Part shown: one piece after another, positions 50,990 to 63,252 of the stretch
How positions within the stretch are numbered: the first letter of the stretch is position 1
Layout of the letters: each line of letters begins with the position of its first letter
From: Octopus vulgaris
Taxonomy: Eukaryota
Assembly (NCBI GenBank): GCA_951406725.2
Contig: OX597832.1
Location: forward strand, 62,992,001-63,056,000
Direction: 5' to 3'
DNA: 64,000 nt
Notes under the pieces: model-generated
Told to the model about the DNA's origin: nothing
The model's input: only the letters and a program-made list of their open reading frames with translations
Database searches by the model: none
Made by a program: the position numbers and the translations under genes

Positions 50990-51445
50990 TTGTCAGACTT
51001 ATGTATAACACTGTGTTGTCAAACGAACGTGGTCTTTTAACGGTTTGTATTGTCGTAGTGATATAGGGATGCATAGCATTTTGTATTAGCAAATCGAGAA
51101 TGAGCTTGTTAAACTGAAGCGATGTATGACAATTTGTATTGTCAAATTGAACTGGCTAATTTTAACACTTTACATTGTCAAACTGACGTATGTTTAACAC
51201 TGTATTCTCAGAATGACGTGCCAATGTTTGACACTGTATTGTTAAATTGACGTGAGCATACGTGACAATGAAGCGTCAAATTGGTGTGAATATGTACACT
51301 ACTCTGTATTGTCAAACTGACATGGATATGCCCGACACTGTTTGAATTGTCAAATTGATGTATGTATAACGCTTTGTACTGTCACATTGACGTGGGTGTA
51401 TGGTACTGTATTGTCAAATTAATGGAGGTAGATATGACCCTGCTA
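50990..51445. repeat. Degenerate ~30-38 bp tandem array with conserved core (ACACTGTA)TTGTCAAA(C/T)TGAC, about 14 units
   Basis: The core recurs at roughly regular spacing with variable intervening sequence. Confidence 0.75.
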
Positions 51446-52869
51446 TAATGGCCTTATGAAACTCGATAGTCTTAATACACCACCCAGTTTAACACCAAAC
51501 CGTGGTCCTTGTCGGTCTTTATCAGTATTTTCTCTCTTGTAAGCATTAACACAAGATTTTAGATTTCTCCTCTCCTCCTTCCCATCGCGTTTTTCCTGTA
51601 GACATTAAACCTTCTGATTTTCAGGCTGGATGCCATTGATATCAATCTCTCCAGTTCGCAAGGGTTAGTGAAGGTCAACGGTCCCGATCTTCTCCTTGGT
51701 TAAGTTATTTTTAAAACATTCACCATATTTCAATTATTTATAGTAAGATATCAATATAAAACTTAGGGATTTTATGACAAAACAAAAGAGTAACTGGAAA
51801 CTGATGGTGGTTTGCATCTAAAAAACATCATGCAGTGAAATTTGTTAAGTTTTTATACCGCGAAAAAAGGTAAATATTTTTAACTGACGGACTACAAATA
51901 GCGCGGAGAATATATAGGATAGAAGAGAAGGAATAATAACAGAAGAAAGGAATATTAAGAAGTATGTTTAGATAGAATACATATTTATTAAAAACAATTC
52001 TGAATCACTGCAGCTCTGGTGAGGGTTGTTAATTGTATTGGTATACGAATCTATCAAGTACTCACGAACTTTATTATAAAATCTAGATTGGCATTTTACA
52101 CAAACCAGCTTATCGATTTTGAATTTTAATCTCTCAAGAATCAACTCTAATTGTTTTCCCTAGAGTCGACGTAAGAAGTAAAAGTTTTAAAAAGCATTAA
52201 GGTAACAGAATTGACTATTACACTGGATATAAACTAATCTTGTAAAACAGCGCAGCGTGTTTTGTCTAATACTTTACAAGGATATTACACGAAAACAAAT
52301 CGTTTTATTTTATGTATAATATAATCAAGATGTTACCATCCTCCAGATTACTTGTCTTACACCAACCATCAGAGTTCCATTTCAAGATTTTATGGTGGGG
52401 CTTCTCTAAGGAATTATCACACGGGATTGCTTATCAGTGCACGGGAGAGGTTCAGTTCGGAACTGAAATCTGTTATATCATTTGTCACTATTACGATGTT
52501 AACAAGGAAACCTTTATGTGTTAACTTACGCTATTAGAAATGGTTTACATATCACTCTCAAATTATTCTCTACCATCTTAAAAATAGAGCGTTTTGTAAA
52601 ATGTGTTCTCGAAAAACAGACGCGATGATCATAGCTGGAAAACCCTTGACTACGAGTCTGCTCGTTCAAGAATGATCTGGCCATAAATAACAAGAGTATC
52701 CACTCTACTTGAACTCGGTGGATGGATCCACGCTTTTAAGCTCGTAGAACCATTTATTTCGCCGATCCATCTTCTGTTTCTGTTAACTCCGACACACTTT
52801 CAGATATTGAAGTGCTGATTCCTAACATTGACAAAAAAAAACATATGTCGGTAAGAAAATACAATACTC

Positions 52870-53120
52870 AGTTCAATACACATGAATATTTGATAAGTGT
52901 ATAGTTTATCGATCTTGAAAGACGAAAAAGTCAAGTCAAGTCAAACAGATTTTGAACTCAAAAAGTTAAGAGAGCGTAACTAGATCCTTTTCCACAAAGG
53001 CAAAAGGCCTGAAATTTGGAGGGAGGAAGGGTAGTCGATTACATCGACCCTGTTCAATTGGTACTTATGTCATCGGTCGCTTTTGTCCGGTGTGCGAACA
53101 ATTCTGCCAGCTTGCCCCCT
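52870..53120 (-). mobile_element. Two degenerate SINE family B pieces
   Basis: TTTATCGATCTTGAAAGACGAAAAAGTCAAG...TTTGAACTC and GTCGATTACATCGACCC...ATTCTGCCAGCTTGCC. Confidence 0.6.
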
Positions 53121-53529
53121 TAAGAGATCGTAACTAAATACCATAAGTATATTGTCTGCTGCTTTTAGATAAATACTGGGTCTTTTATGCTAAGCACAAA
53201 TATCTTACACGAAAGAATCTATAACTGTAATGTGTGTCCTCTTCCTTAGTTTAGGTCTTCAACACTTCAACATCGAATTGAGATGCAAGGACGCCATCGT
53301 GGTGTACAGAGTTCCTTGGATATCTAAACATGATGAAGCTATTCGTTTCGTAGCTTGACTACAGCCGACTTCTTTCACAGAGGAAGAGAGAAATAATTAA
53401 TCTATTCAACTGGTACTTTTTAATTGCTGGCAAAGCCACAATATCCTGTTTTGCAACCAACCACTAAAATATAAGTTTATAAGTCAAGACTCTGTTTTAC
53501 CGTGTGTTAGCAGTGCTATAATTTCATTT

Positions 53530-53966
53530 TTAGGATTATCTCTGACACTCCTCATAGTCCACATTCCTGCTATTTTGTCTTTTAGTAACTAGTATTCTTC
53601 CACCTTTTCCAGTTCTTTGGCACTTATGCGTGCGTCCCTAGGTGTGGCAATATTTATCATCTTAAAGCGGTGAGCTGGCAGAAACGTTAGCACGCCGGGC
53701 GAAATGCTTAGCGGTATTTCGTCTGTCTTTACATTCCGAGTTCAAATTCCGCCGAGTTCGACTTTGCCTTTCATCCTTTCGGGGTCGATAAATTAAATAC
53801 CAGTTGCGTACTGGGATCGATCTAATCGACTGGCCCTCTCCCCCAAAATTTCGGGCATTGTGCTTAGAGTAGAAAAGAATATTTATCATTTTAGATTTCT
53901 TTTTCCTTTTATCAACTAAAGCGATATCTAGTTTCCGAACAGCAATTAGTGAGTCATGTTGGATTA
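53530..53966 (-). pseudogene. R4/Dong-like RLE fragment interrupted by a SINE B insertion
   Basis: Removing the SINE and one TSD copy joins RKLDIALVDKRKKKSKMINI to ATPRDARISAKELEKVEEY*LLKDKIAGMW. Confidence 0.7.
53665..53877 (+). mobile_element. SINE family B, full length, with 16-bp TSD
   Basis: AATATTTATCATCTTA (53649-53664) / AATATTTATCATTTTA (53878-53893). The central domain CGACTTTGCCTTTCATCCTTTCGGGGTCGATAAATTAAATACCAG resembles the Meta/MESC-type SINE domain (assignment from memory, unverified). Confidence 0.88.
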
Positions 53967-53993
53967 TTGTCATCATCATCATCATCATCATCA

Positions 53994-54051
<58 letters not shown>

Positions 54052-54254
54052 CATCATCATCATCATCATCATCATCGTCATCATCATCTTCATCATCATC
54101 ATCATCATATTTCTATCTGTTTCCATTTCTTGCCGAGTGCCTTCCTGATACTTTGGTCAGAGAATCTGACTGTATACCTTGTTGTTATTGTTGTTGTTGT
54201 TGCTGTTGTCTCATATACGCACAACAGATGAGACTGTTGGAAAAGAAAAAAATC

Positions 54255-56420
54255 CTAACATCGGGCTACAAGTAACCTTCGATACCAAGAACATTCCCAA
54301 GTGTCCTAGCTGCCCCTAATAACACTGTTTTCTGGAGCTGAACTGAACTAGATTTTATACCTGTTACCTCTAGCCATATGTTCAAGTCTTTTGGGATAGT
54401 TCCTAATGCACCTGTAACTACAGAGATACATTTTACCTGCACTTTCCATAGTCTCTGTATCTCAATGGTCAGGTTCTGGTACTTAGCAATTTTCTCTACA
54501 TCTCTCATATTGACTTTCTCATCATTTGGGATTATAGGGTCGTCAAATATCTGGCACTTTCTCTTCTCTTTATCTTCAACTCCTAGATCAGGCCTTCTAA
54601 CTTCTATTACTCAATCCGTCTGAATATTAGTACCACAGCTTCTTATATTTCTTACTTTCTAGTACTTTATTAGCTTCATGTTCGTGCCATTTAACAGTAT
54701 GATCAAATCCTAGCTTTCTACATAACTCCCAGCTGTCATATTTTTTTCTTGTATTCTTTTTGTACAAGCATACTACATTCACTTACTATATGCGTAGCAC
54801 CTTCCTCTTTTGATTTACACAACCTACATTGGGAATCTACCAGTTTTTGTCTATCTTGGCTTTTATCCAATTAGTCCTCAATGCTTGATGTTGTGCTGCT
54901 ACTAACAAATTTTCCGTCTCCCATTTCAGCCTTCCTTTCTGCTACCCTAATTATGTTTCACTGCTACTATTTGCTATAACTATCTTTGGAAATCTACCAT
55001 GCAAAGCCTTCTCTTGCTAGACAAATATTCTTCCTCCTCTTTTCTGCTTTTTAACTCCATTTGGCTTTTTGGCTTTTGCTGTATTCTGCTGTGACTCTAG
55101 CAGCTCTTAATAAACCTCCTTCACAACTACCTACTTATGAGTCTATATCTACTCTAGCTAACTCCACGCAGCCTTCTACTGATACTAGCCCTCTTCCACC
55201 TCCCTTTCTAGGTAAGTATAATTTTGCTACTCCTACACTTAGTTGAAGTCATCCATTTATATTGAATTCCTTCCTAGTTCTTCTGTCTAGATTCGCTAAT
55301 TCAGGTTTTGTCCAATCTACAAAAGCTGCTGAGTATCTAAGTAACAATACTGCCTGAGTATTTACAGCCTTCAGTAGATTCGAACCATTTAGCTTTAACT
55401 TCATTAGCTTCCTCACCCTTCTGATGTACACCTTCGCAATTTTCGTTTCATTTCTGTAGTTAGTACTCTGTCATATTCTAATACTCCTTCTTTCAGTGAT
55501 TTTCGTGTCTGGCCATCTTATAATTGGATGCCTGTCCTTTTTCATGACTGATATTGCACACTTACCTAGGCCAAATTCTATGCCTATATTTTTACTGAAG
55601 AGTCTTACAGTTTGTATTAAAGAATCTATCTCTTTTTTAAGCTTCAGATTAACCATGTAGAGCATTTAGTTAACTTTTTCTTTTCTATTTCTGAACTGAT
55701 CTCCTGCTTTTGCCTCCCTTAATATTTAACTGAAGTGGATTAAACAAAGACAAATATTAACGGGTATAACGAGTCCCCTTGGAAAATTCCTTTCTTGATA
55801 TTAACTCTCCCTAGGGCTGTGTCACCTGAGTAGAGATCTACTTTCCATTTCTTCATGCTAAAGCTAATTAATTCTCTTATGTTGTCTGCTACACTGAATA
55901 TAGTCAAACATTTACATATTCATGAGTTTGAGATCATGCCATAGGCTTTCTTAAAATCTGTTTATGTTATGGTTGAATTTTTCTTTCTAGATTTTACTTC
56001 ATTTAGAACTTCTTTGTCTATGAATAATAGATCATGCGTTCCTCTAGCCTTCTTCCTGCAACCTTTCTATTCTTCTGGCAGTAAATTCTGGTTGTCAAGA
56101 TGCTCGTAAATACTTTCTGAAAACATTCCTGTTAACAGCTCCCACACTAATGATAAGCAAGTGATTGGTCTATAATTGCCAGCTGTATTACCCTTGCTTT
56201 TCTCTTTCATAAAGAGTACTGTTCTCCCTCTAATCATCCAATCTCGTATTACTTTTCCATTCAGGAAATCCTGATGTTGTTCCCTCAGTCTCCCATGTAA
56301 GTTACAAAATTTCTTTAACAAATACTCCTAAACTAAATCTGCTCTTGGTCCCTTCCAATATTTTCTCTAACACTTCATTCATTAATACACTTGTTTGCCT
56401 TAGATCTGGCTTGTTCTCAT
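54255..56420 (-). pseudogene. R4/Dong-clade LINE, 5'-truncated and frameshifted (RT, zinc knuckle, RLE)
   Basis: GRTVLFMKEKSKGNTAGNYRPITCL, GIFQGDSLYP, GIEFGLGKCA, KLNGSNLLKAVNT...DRRTRK, EKIAKYQNLTIEIQRLW...VVTGALGTIPK...LQKTVLLGAARTL. The 5' end abuts a (TAA)n-rich tract. Confidence 0.9.
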
Positions 56421-56443
56421 TATTAATATCATTATTGTCATTG

Positions 56444-56474
<31 letters not shown>

Positions 56475-56475
<1 letters not shown>

Positions 56476-56697
56476 TAGCTATTGCCTACAAGGGTCTAAA
56501 TATAGAGGGGACAAACAAGGACAGACAAAAGGATTAAGTCGATTACATCAGCCTCAGTGCTTAACGGGTACTTATTTAATTGATCCCGAAAGGATGAAAA
56601 GCAAAGTCGACATCGGCGGAATTTGAACTCAGAACGTAACGGCAGACGAAACACCGCTAATCATTTCGCCCGGCATGCTAACGCTTCTGCCAGCCAT
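56475..56697 (-). mobile_element. SINE family B inserted in (ATT)n
   Basis: Reverse complement of the head, central domain and TAATCC..TTGTCTGTCCTTGTTTGTCCCC tail. Confidence 0.82.
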
Positions 56698-56704
56698 ATT
56701 ATTA

Positions 56705-56768
<64 letters not shown>

Positions 56769-56773
56769 CATCA

Positions 56774-56827
<54 letters not shown>

Positions 56828-57259
56828 CTTGTATTTTCTTTATAGTATTTGTGTGCGTGCCTTGTCTATTTATCTTTTATATTTATTTTCCCTTTATTTC
56901 TTTTACTTAACGTTTTCTTTATATTATTATTACTCTTATCTTTTAATCTTTGTCTTTACTTTTCGTATAGATGTACAAATAAAGCTCGTGATTACATAAA
57001 TAAATTAAATTTTCAAACATCATCAACGAACAACGAAGTTTGACAGTTAACTGACTTGTATTATCGCTCTCTATTGTCGGACTGTCTAATTGATTGAGAG
57101 AGAGATATTGTCTTGGTGGGTTTTAGTGAAGAAATTCTAAATCAGAACCAAAGAAACGCCATCAATAAACCAACAACAGGAACTGAACATAATTTACACA
57201 CACACACACGCACACACACACACACACACTCAGACGCACACACACTCAGACGCACACAC

Positions 57260-57348
<89 letters not shown>

Positions 57349-57477
57349 TATGTACATAAGATTATACATTAAATAATAGAATAAATAAAATATTTTTTGG
57401 TTATTAGTCAAATAGTCAGCTTAATGGTTCTAGTATTTTACGTTCTTTTTATGTCACTAATTGTTTCAAAGTCATGG

Positions 57478-57535
<58 letters not shown>

Positions 57536-57540
<5 letters not shown>

Positions 57541-57834
57541 CGTGATCCCCGTGACCGACCAGGCTATCAGATGTTGCTACACAACGCTGGTCACAATGCG
57601 CTTCGCATTGTTTTAGCCTTCAAATGACGCCACCCCACTGCCTAAGCGAGCAGGCCAACTAAGGAAAGAGTGAGAAAAATTTGTGGCGAAAGAGTACAGT
57701 AGGGATCGCCACCACCACCCCTGCCGGAGCCATGTGGAGCTTTTTAGGTGTTTTCGCTCAATAAACACTCACAACGCCCGGTCTGGGAATCGCAACTGCG
57801 ATCCTACGACCTAACCACTAGGCCATTGCGCCTC

Positions 57835-57837
<3 letters not shown>
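57536..57837 (-). mobile_element. tRNA-derived SINE family D, tail type 1
   Basis: Minus strand: GGAGGCGCAATGGCCTAGTGGTTAGG...CGATTCCCAGACCGGGCGTTGTGAGTGTTTATTGAGCGAAAACACC...; inserted in (TA)n. Confidence 0.8.
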
Positions 57838-57898
<61 letters not shown>

Positions 57899-57930
57899 AA
57901 TGTAATATGTGACAATTATTCAGTAGACAT

Positions 57931-57991
57931 GATAAAACTCCGAGTTTCGGATGCCGAGGTGGAAATCCACGCCTCCATCTCTTCAGTTATC
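57931..57991 (-). ncRNA. Type I hammerhead ribozyme motif with long stem II
   Basis: GAUAA-CUGAAGA-GAUGGAGGCGUGGAUUUCCACCUCGGCAUCC-GAAA-CUCGGAG-UU-UUAUC. Perfect 5-bp stem I, near-palindromic stem III ACUC-G-GAGU, GUU cleavage triplet. Confidence 0.7.
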
Positions 57992-58352
57992 CGGCCATCG
58001 GAAAAATTCTATGAAAAATGACTGTTATACAAAGGGAATTTACTGTGTGATTGACCGTTATTAAGACAAAAGAGCTATTCGAATAACCGCTAAGTAAGGG
58101 GAGGGAATAAAGTACAGGGGTAAAAAGTTCATAGTATTCGCGTTAGCGCGCCTGCTCATACCAACACATGTGCGCCCGCACATCCACGTGCATGCGCCTA
58201 AAAATATACATTCATCCACTCTCACTTGAAAACCTACACATCCTCACAATACATACACATACAAAATGTATATGTATATGCATATACATTTGGTGAAGGA
58301 TGAGAGTGAGGATGTGTACGTTTTCCAGGAAATCGTACATATATATATATAT

Positions 58353-58510
58353 GGGCGTGGAAGTGGTTGTGTGGTAAGTAGCTTGCTTACACACATGGTT
58401 CCGGGTTCAGTCCCACTGCATGGCACCTTTGGCAAGTGTCTTCTACTATAGCCTCGGGCCTTGGTAGACGGAAACTGAAAGAAGCCCGTCGTATATATAT
58501 ATATATATAA

Positions 58511-58585
<75 letters not shown>

Positions 58586-58797
58586 CATGTGTGTATATGT
58601 TTGTGAGTCTGTGTTTGTCCCCCCAACATCGCTTGACAACCGATACTGGTGTGTTTACGCCCTCGCAATTTAGCGGTTCGGCAAAAGACACCGATAGAAT
58701 AAGTATTTAGCTTACAAAGAATAAGTCCCTGATTTGCTCGACTAAAGGCGGTGCTCCAGCATGGCCACAATCAAATAACTGAAACAAGTAAAAGAGT
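58353..58797 (+). mobile_element. SINE family A, near full length
   Basis: Head, CORE-like segment, (TA)n(TG)n, tail GAAACAAGTAAAAGAGTA. Confidence 0.88.
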
Positions 58798-59169
58798 ATA
58801 TGTGTGTGTTTGTGTTATGTATTTCTTTTCAGAGGCGCGCGCACACATACAGATACATGCAGACACACACACAGACATATTTGCGCACGCACGTACACTC
58901 ACGGGCACACACGTGACACTTTTAGCGAAAGACGTTTGTACGATGATAAATATGATAAAAGTAAAGATATAACGAAGTGAAACTGTGTTGAAATATGGGT
59001 TTTTCTTCTATGTGAATGTGTGTGCATGCAGGTGAGTGTGTGTAATAATGATAACATGAAGGAAATGAAAGCCAGTGCGAGTGTTGAGGTGCAGAAATCA
59101 CTCTGGAAATGAAAGACGTTTATTAAATGCGATACAGAAGACATGGGCCAGAATGAAATCCATACAAAC

Positions 59170-59335
59170 CTAAGTCGATTACATCGACCCCAGTCCTCAA
59201 ATGATACTTATTTCATCGACCCCGAAATGATGGAAGCAAAGTAGACCTCGGTGAAATTTGAACTCAGTGCATAAAGAACGAAAATTTATCGCTAAGCATT
59301 TTTCCCGGCTTGTTAACGATTCGGCCAACTCGATG
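59170..59335 (-). mobile_element. SINE family B, degenerate
   Basis: GTCGATTACATCGACCCCAG...ATCGACCCCGAAATGATGGAAGCAAAGTAGACCTCGG...TTTGAACTCAG. Confidence 0.75.
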
Positions 59336-59442
59336 ACTTATAACTGTATTACACATTAACACAATATTTCATAATAATTTCATAGTTTTTATAATCTTTA
59401 TCTGTTTCTATTAATCATTTATTTTATTTTATTTTGTTAGGT

Positions 59443-59563
59443 ATGGGGAGAGTCATTCTCTTTTGGTGCCTTATAATTTAACAAACTCACTGGTAAAATT
59501 TCCACTTATTTCTGTTTTATTTTTCTAAAATTATAAGGTACCAAAAGAGAATGACTCTCCCAT
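59443..59563. repeat. 36-bp inverted repeat (MITE-like)
   Basis: ATGGGGAGAGTCATTCTCTTTTGGTGCCTTATAATTT / AAATTATAAGGTACCAAAAGAGAATGACTCTCCCAT. Confidence 0.8.
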
Positions 59564-59993
59564 GACACAACAGAAAATGCTTCAACACACGAACTCACAT
59601 AAAGAATCTTGCAAACCAAATCCAGAAACGAAATATTATTTAATTTTATTTATAAAGAACATTTTATAACATACAATTTTCTACTGGGTACATGAGATTA
59701 GGACCTGTACAATTCAACTGTAATATTTATCATCTCGATAAATTTCACTAAAATGTGTATATAATCAAGCATGACCACTCGACTGTGTAACTTTAATATT
59801 TAATATTTATCGTTTACATTTTTAGTCTATTAAAGCTCATTCGAACGAGTCCAATGTCACATAGCTGCAGATATATTTTCATAATCGCTTAATTCGTATA
59901 AACACAAGATCATAACGTTTATAACAGTCTGGTAAATTATTTTTATTTATTTCATTTAGTATATTATGTTTTTATTATCAATCATTTATTAAA

Positions 59994-61038
59994 GGGCGGC
60001 GAGTTGACAGAATCGTTAGCATGCCGGACGAAATGCTTAACAATATTTCGTCTGCCGCTACGTTCTGAGTTCAAATTCCGCCGAGGTCGACTTTGCCTTT
60101 CATCTTTTCGGGGTCGATAAATTAAGTACCAGTTACGTACTGGGATCGATATAATCGACTTAATCCGTGTGTCTGTCCTTGTTTGTCCCCTCTGTGTTTA
60201 GCTCCTTGTGGGTAGTAAAGAGATAAGTATTCCGTCTGCCGTTACCTTCTGAATTCAAATTCCGCCGAGGTCGACTTTGCCTTTCATCCTTTCGGGGTCG
60301 ATTAAATAAGTACCAGTTACGCACTGGGGTCGATGTAATCGACTTAATCCGTTTGTCTGTCCTTGTTTGTCCCTTCTGTGTGTAGCCCCTTATGAGCAAT
60401 AAAGAAACAGGTATTTCGTCTGCCGTTACATTCTGAGTTCAAATTCTATCGAGGTCAACTTCGCCTTTCATCCTTTCGGGGTTGATAAATTAAGTACATG
60501 TTGATAACTGGGGGGAGGGATCGATGTGATCCACTGTTCTCCTCCCCACAAAGTCCAGGTGGTATTCCTATAGTAGAAAGGACTATTTATCATTTATTAA
60601 AGGGCGGCGAGTTGGACGAAATCCTTAGCCGTATTTCGTCTGCAGTTACATTCTGAGTTCAAATTCCACCGAGGTCGACTTTGCTTTTCATCCTTTCGGG
60701 GTCGATAAATTAAATACCAGTGAAACACTGGGGTCAATATAATCGACAGTCCCCTACCCGCAAATTCCAGGTCTTGCGCCTCCAGTAGAAATGATTATTT
60801 ATCATTTATTAAAAGGTGGTGACCTGGCAAAAATTCTTAGCACACCGGGGAAAATGCTAAGCTGTATTTCTTCCAATCCTTTACCTTCTGCGTTCAAATT
60901 CCACCGAGGTTGACTTCACCTTTCATCTTTTCGGGGTCGATAAAGTTAGTCCCAGTTGAGCGCTGGGGTTGATGTATTCGACAACGTCCCTCCCTGAAAA
61001 TATTTAGGCCTTGGGCCTATAGCAGAAAAAAATTATTT
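59994..61038 (+). mobile_element. Tandem array of five SINE family B monomers
   Basis: The central domain GTTCAAATTCC.CCGAGGTCGACTT.GCCTTTCATC recurs five times. Monomers start near 59994, 60227, 60411, 60602 and 60815. Confidence 0.9.
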
Positions 61039-61112
61039 ATCATTTAATTGGAAAGCAAATTGAAGTCAGCCGTATTAGAACCTAGACACGAGAACATTCT
61101 TGTGCATTTGTT

Positions 61113-61412
61113 TGTTCCTTCTCGAGCCACGCCTGACTCATACGGGCCGTTTTCCCGATTTCCTTGGCGTATAGGTTTCCCACCTGGACGAGACGCTGGT
61201 CCGTCGCAGGTTAACTGCAAGATGCAGGTGGAAAGAGTGAGAGAAAGTTGTGGCGAAAGAGTCAGCAGAAGTTCGCCATTACTTTCTGCCGGAGCCGCGT
61301 GGAGCTGAGGTGTTTCGCTCATAAATACAAACACACCACCCGGTCTGAGATTCGAACCCGTGATCCCTCGACGCGAGTCCGCTGCTCTAACCACTCGGCC
61401 ATGTGCCTCCAC
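61113..61412 (-). mobile_element. SINE family D, tail type 2
   Basis: Minus strand: GGAGGCACATGGCCGAGTGGTTAGAGCAGCGGACTCG...GGTTCGAATCTC. Body shared with 57660-57837; tail differs. Confidence 0.8.
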
Positions 61413-62689
61413 TTCTTATGTATTACTCTACGCTTAATGTTTCTTTTTCCCCAAACGTAGACTACTCGTGTTCATTACGAGCTGACGAAGGAGCCTCTAC
61501 GTGGTCGTTTTACTAGCAAGAAATAACCGGGACGCTTCTTAAAAATTACACCTTACTGACTTTGAAAAGTACGCATATAAAATTTAGTTTGGCATAAACT
61601 ATGTCTGTAAAATATGCTGTAAACATTGTTAAGTCTAGGTTAAGCAGCAACAAAAACAACGACTCGTGTTGATTAATTAGTCTTTAATGATGTATTTTTA
61701 AAAGATTTTTTTCCCACTCCGCCTTATTTTTTAAAAATTAATCTGAAGAAAATAGTGTGCATGAATGAGATTTGTAGCATTACAAAGCTGCCTTCCACTA
61801 ACCTTCGAATTGATGTAGACAATCAACTAGTTAGGAGCTGGGCAACGACTCCTTTCCAATTTCGAAACTGAATGCGATTGATGAAGAGAAAAATGTATTC
61901 CTTGGCAAGAAGATTATAAGAACAGAAGGGGTTTCATTTGAACGAAAAATCAAATGAATTTGCGAATGATAAATGAAAAAAGGAAATTGAAAAATCATGT
62001 TTGATATTCTGATTCAAACATCTCACTTGTAACTTCCAGTACTTTCTGGAAGTTTTCCGATCGAATCAACTCTTTAACAAATTTGATTGATTGATCGATT
62101 TCTCTGAGGAACCTTTTGCAGGTTGCTGATGGTGCAACATTGATGAAATACGTCTTTTGACGAATACGTCAAGCTTCGACTCCCGGGCCACTGCTCAATT
62201 CGATTCGATGTCTAAAAGCCGAACTAATCAATCAACCTATACACACTCTGTTTCACTAAAGAGAAATGTTCCCCAGCTCTGCTGCCAGCATCAAGTTCGC
62301 AGTTTGGCTTTTAAACCTGCCTCTCCATTTCATTACGTTTCCAAATGCGATTAATCAAACCGCAATGGTCTAAAAAGCATCCACAGGAAGAGCAGCTGTC
62401 GCTGCTGCTTGTTATCAGCGTCTATCGAGGCAGGACAATGAGGGTGACTCATAAACTAACAAAGAAACACGAGTGTACGCAATCACTCAGTCTACTCCAT
62501 GCAGTACACCGAAGTAGTTCTGACGACAACCAAATCTATACGCTTTCGTTTCTAAAACCGGAAACAACTTTTAAACATTTTGAAGTCCTAACTTTGAGGT
62601 TAACATCTTTTACAAAAGAAGATAAACGTGCTGTTAGGTATGTTACCTTGGCATTTCATATCTATATGGATATTATGATGATGATGATG

Positions 62690-62764
<75 letters not shown>

Positions 62765-62881
62765 GGAATAATGGTCTTCTCTACCATAACCACATGGATG
62801 AAATTTTGTGGGAGGAGAATGAATAATCGATTACATTCAATTGCGATCTCAACTGGTATATTCGGTCAGCTCGCCACCTTA

Positions 62882-62927
<46 letters not shown>

Positions 62928-62929
<2 letters not shown>

Positions 62930-63150
62930 GTTTCAAAGTTTGCCACAAGAACAGCCACTTTTGGCGAGGGGATATGTCGATTACATCGAACCCCCTCCTC
63001 CAGTGTTTCACTGGTACTTAATTTATCGACCGCGAAAGGACGAAACGCAAAGTCGACCCTCGGAGGAATTTGAACTCAGAACTTAGCGACGGGCGATTAC
63101 CGCTAAGCATTTCCTCCAGTGCGTTAACGATTCTGCCAGCTCGCCACCTT
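62928..63150 (-). mobile_element. SINE family B between (AAT)n tracts (additional deleted piece at ~62810-62881)
   Basis: Minus strand: AAGGTGGCGAGCTGGCAGAATCGTTAACGC...GAGTTCAAATTCC...GGTCGACTTTGC...GGTCGATAAATTAAGTACCAG. Confidence 0.82.
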
Positions 63151-63170
63151 AAATGATAATGATGATGATG

Positions 63171-63231
<61 letters not shown>

Positions 63232-63252
63232 CAACAACTATAATGATGATGT

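Noticed and set aside
50990-51445. CRISPR array interpretation (also for 59981-61050)
   Set aside because: Eukaryotic context, no cas genes, degenerate repeats, and spacers that are short or homologous to each other.
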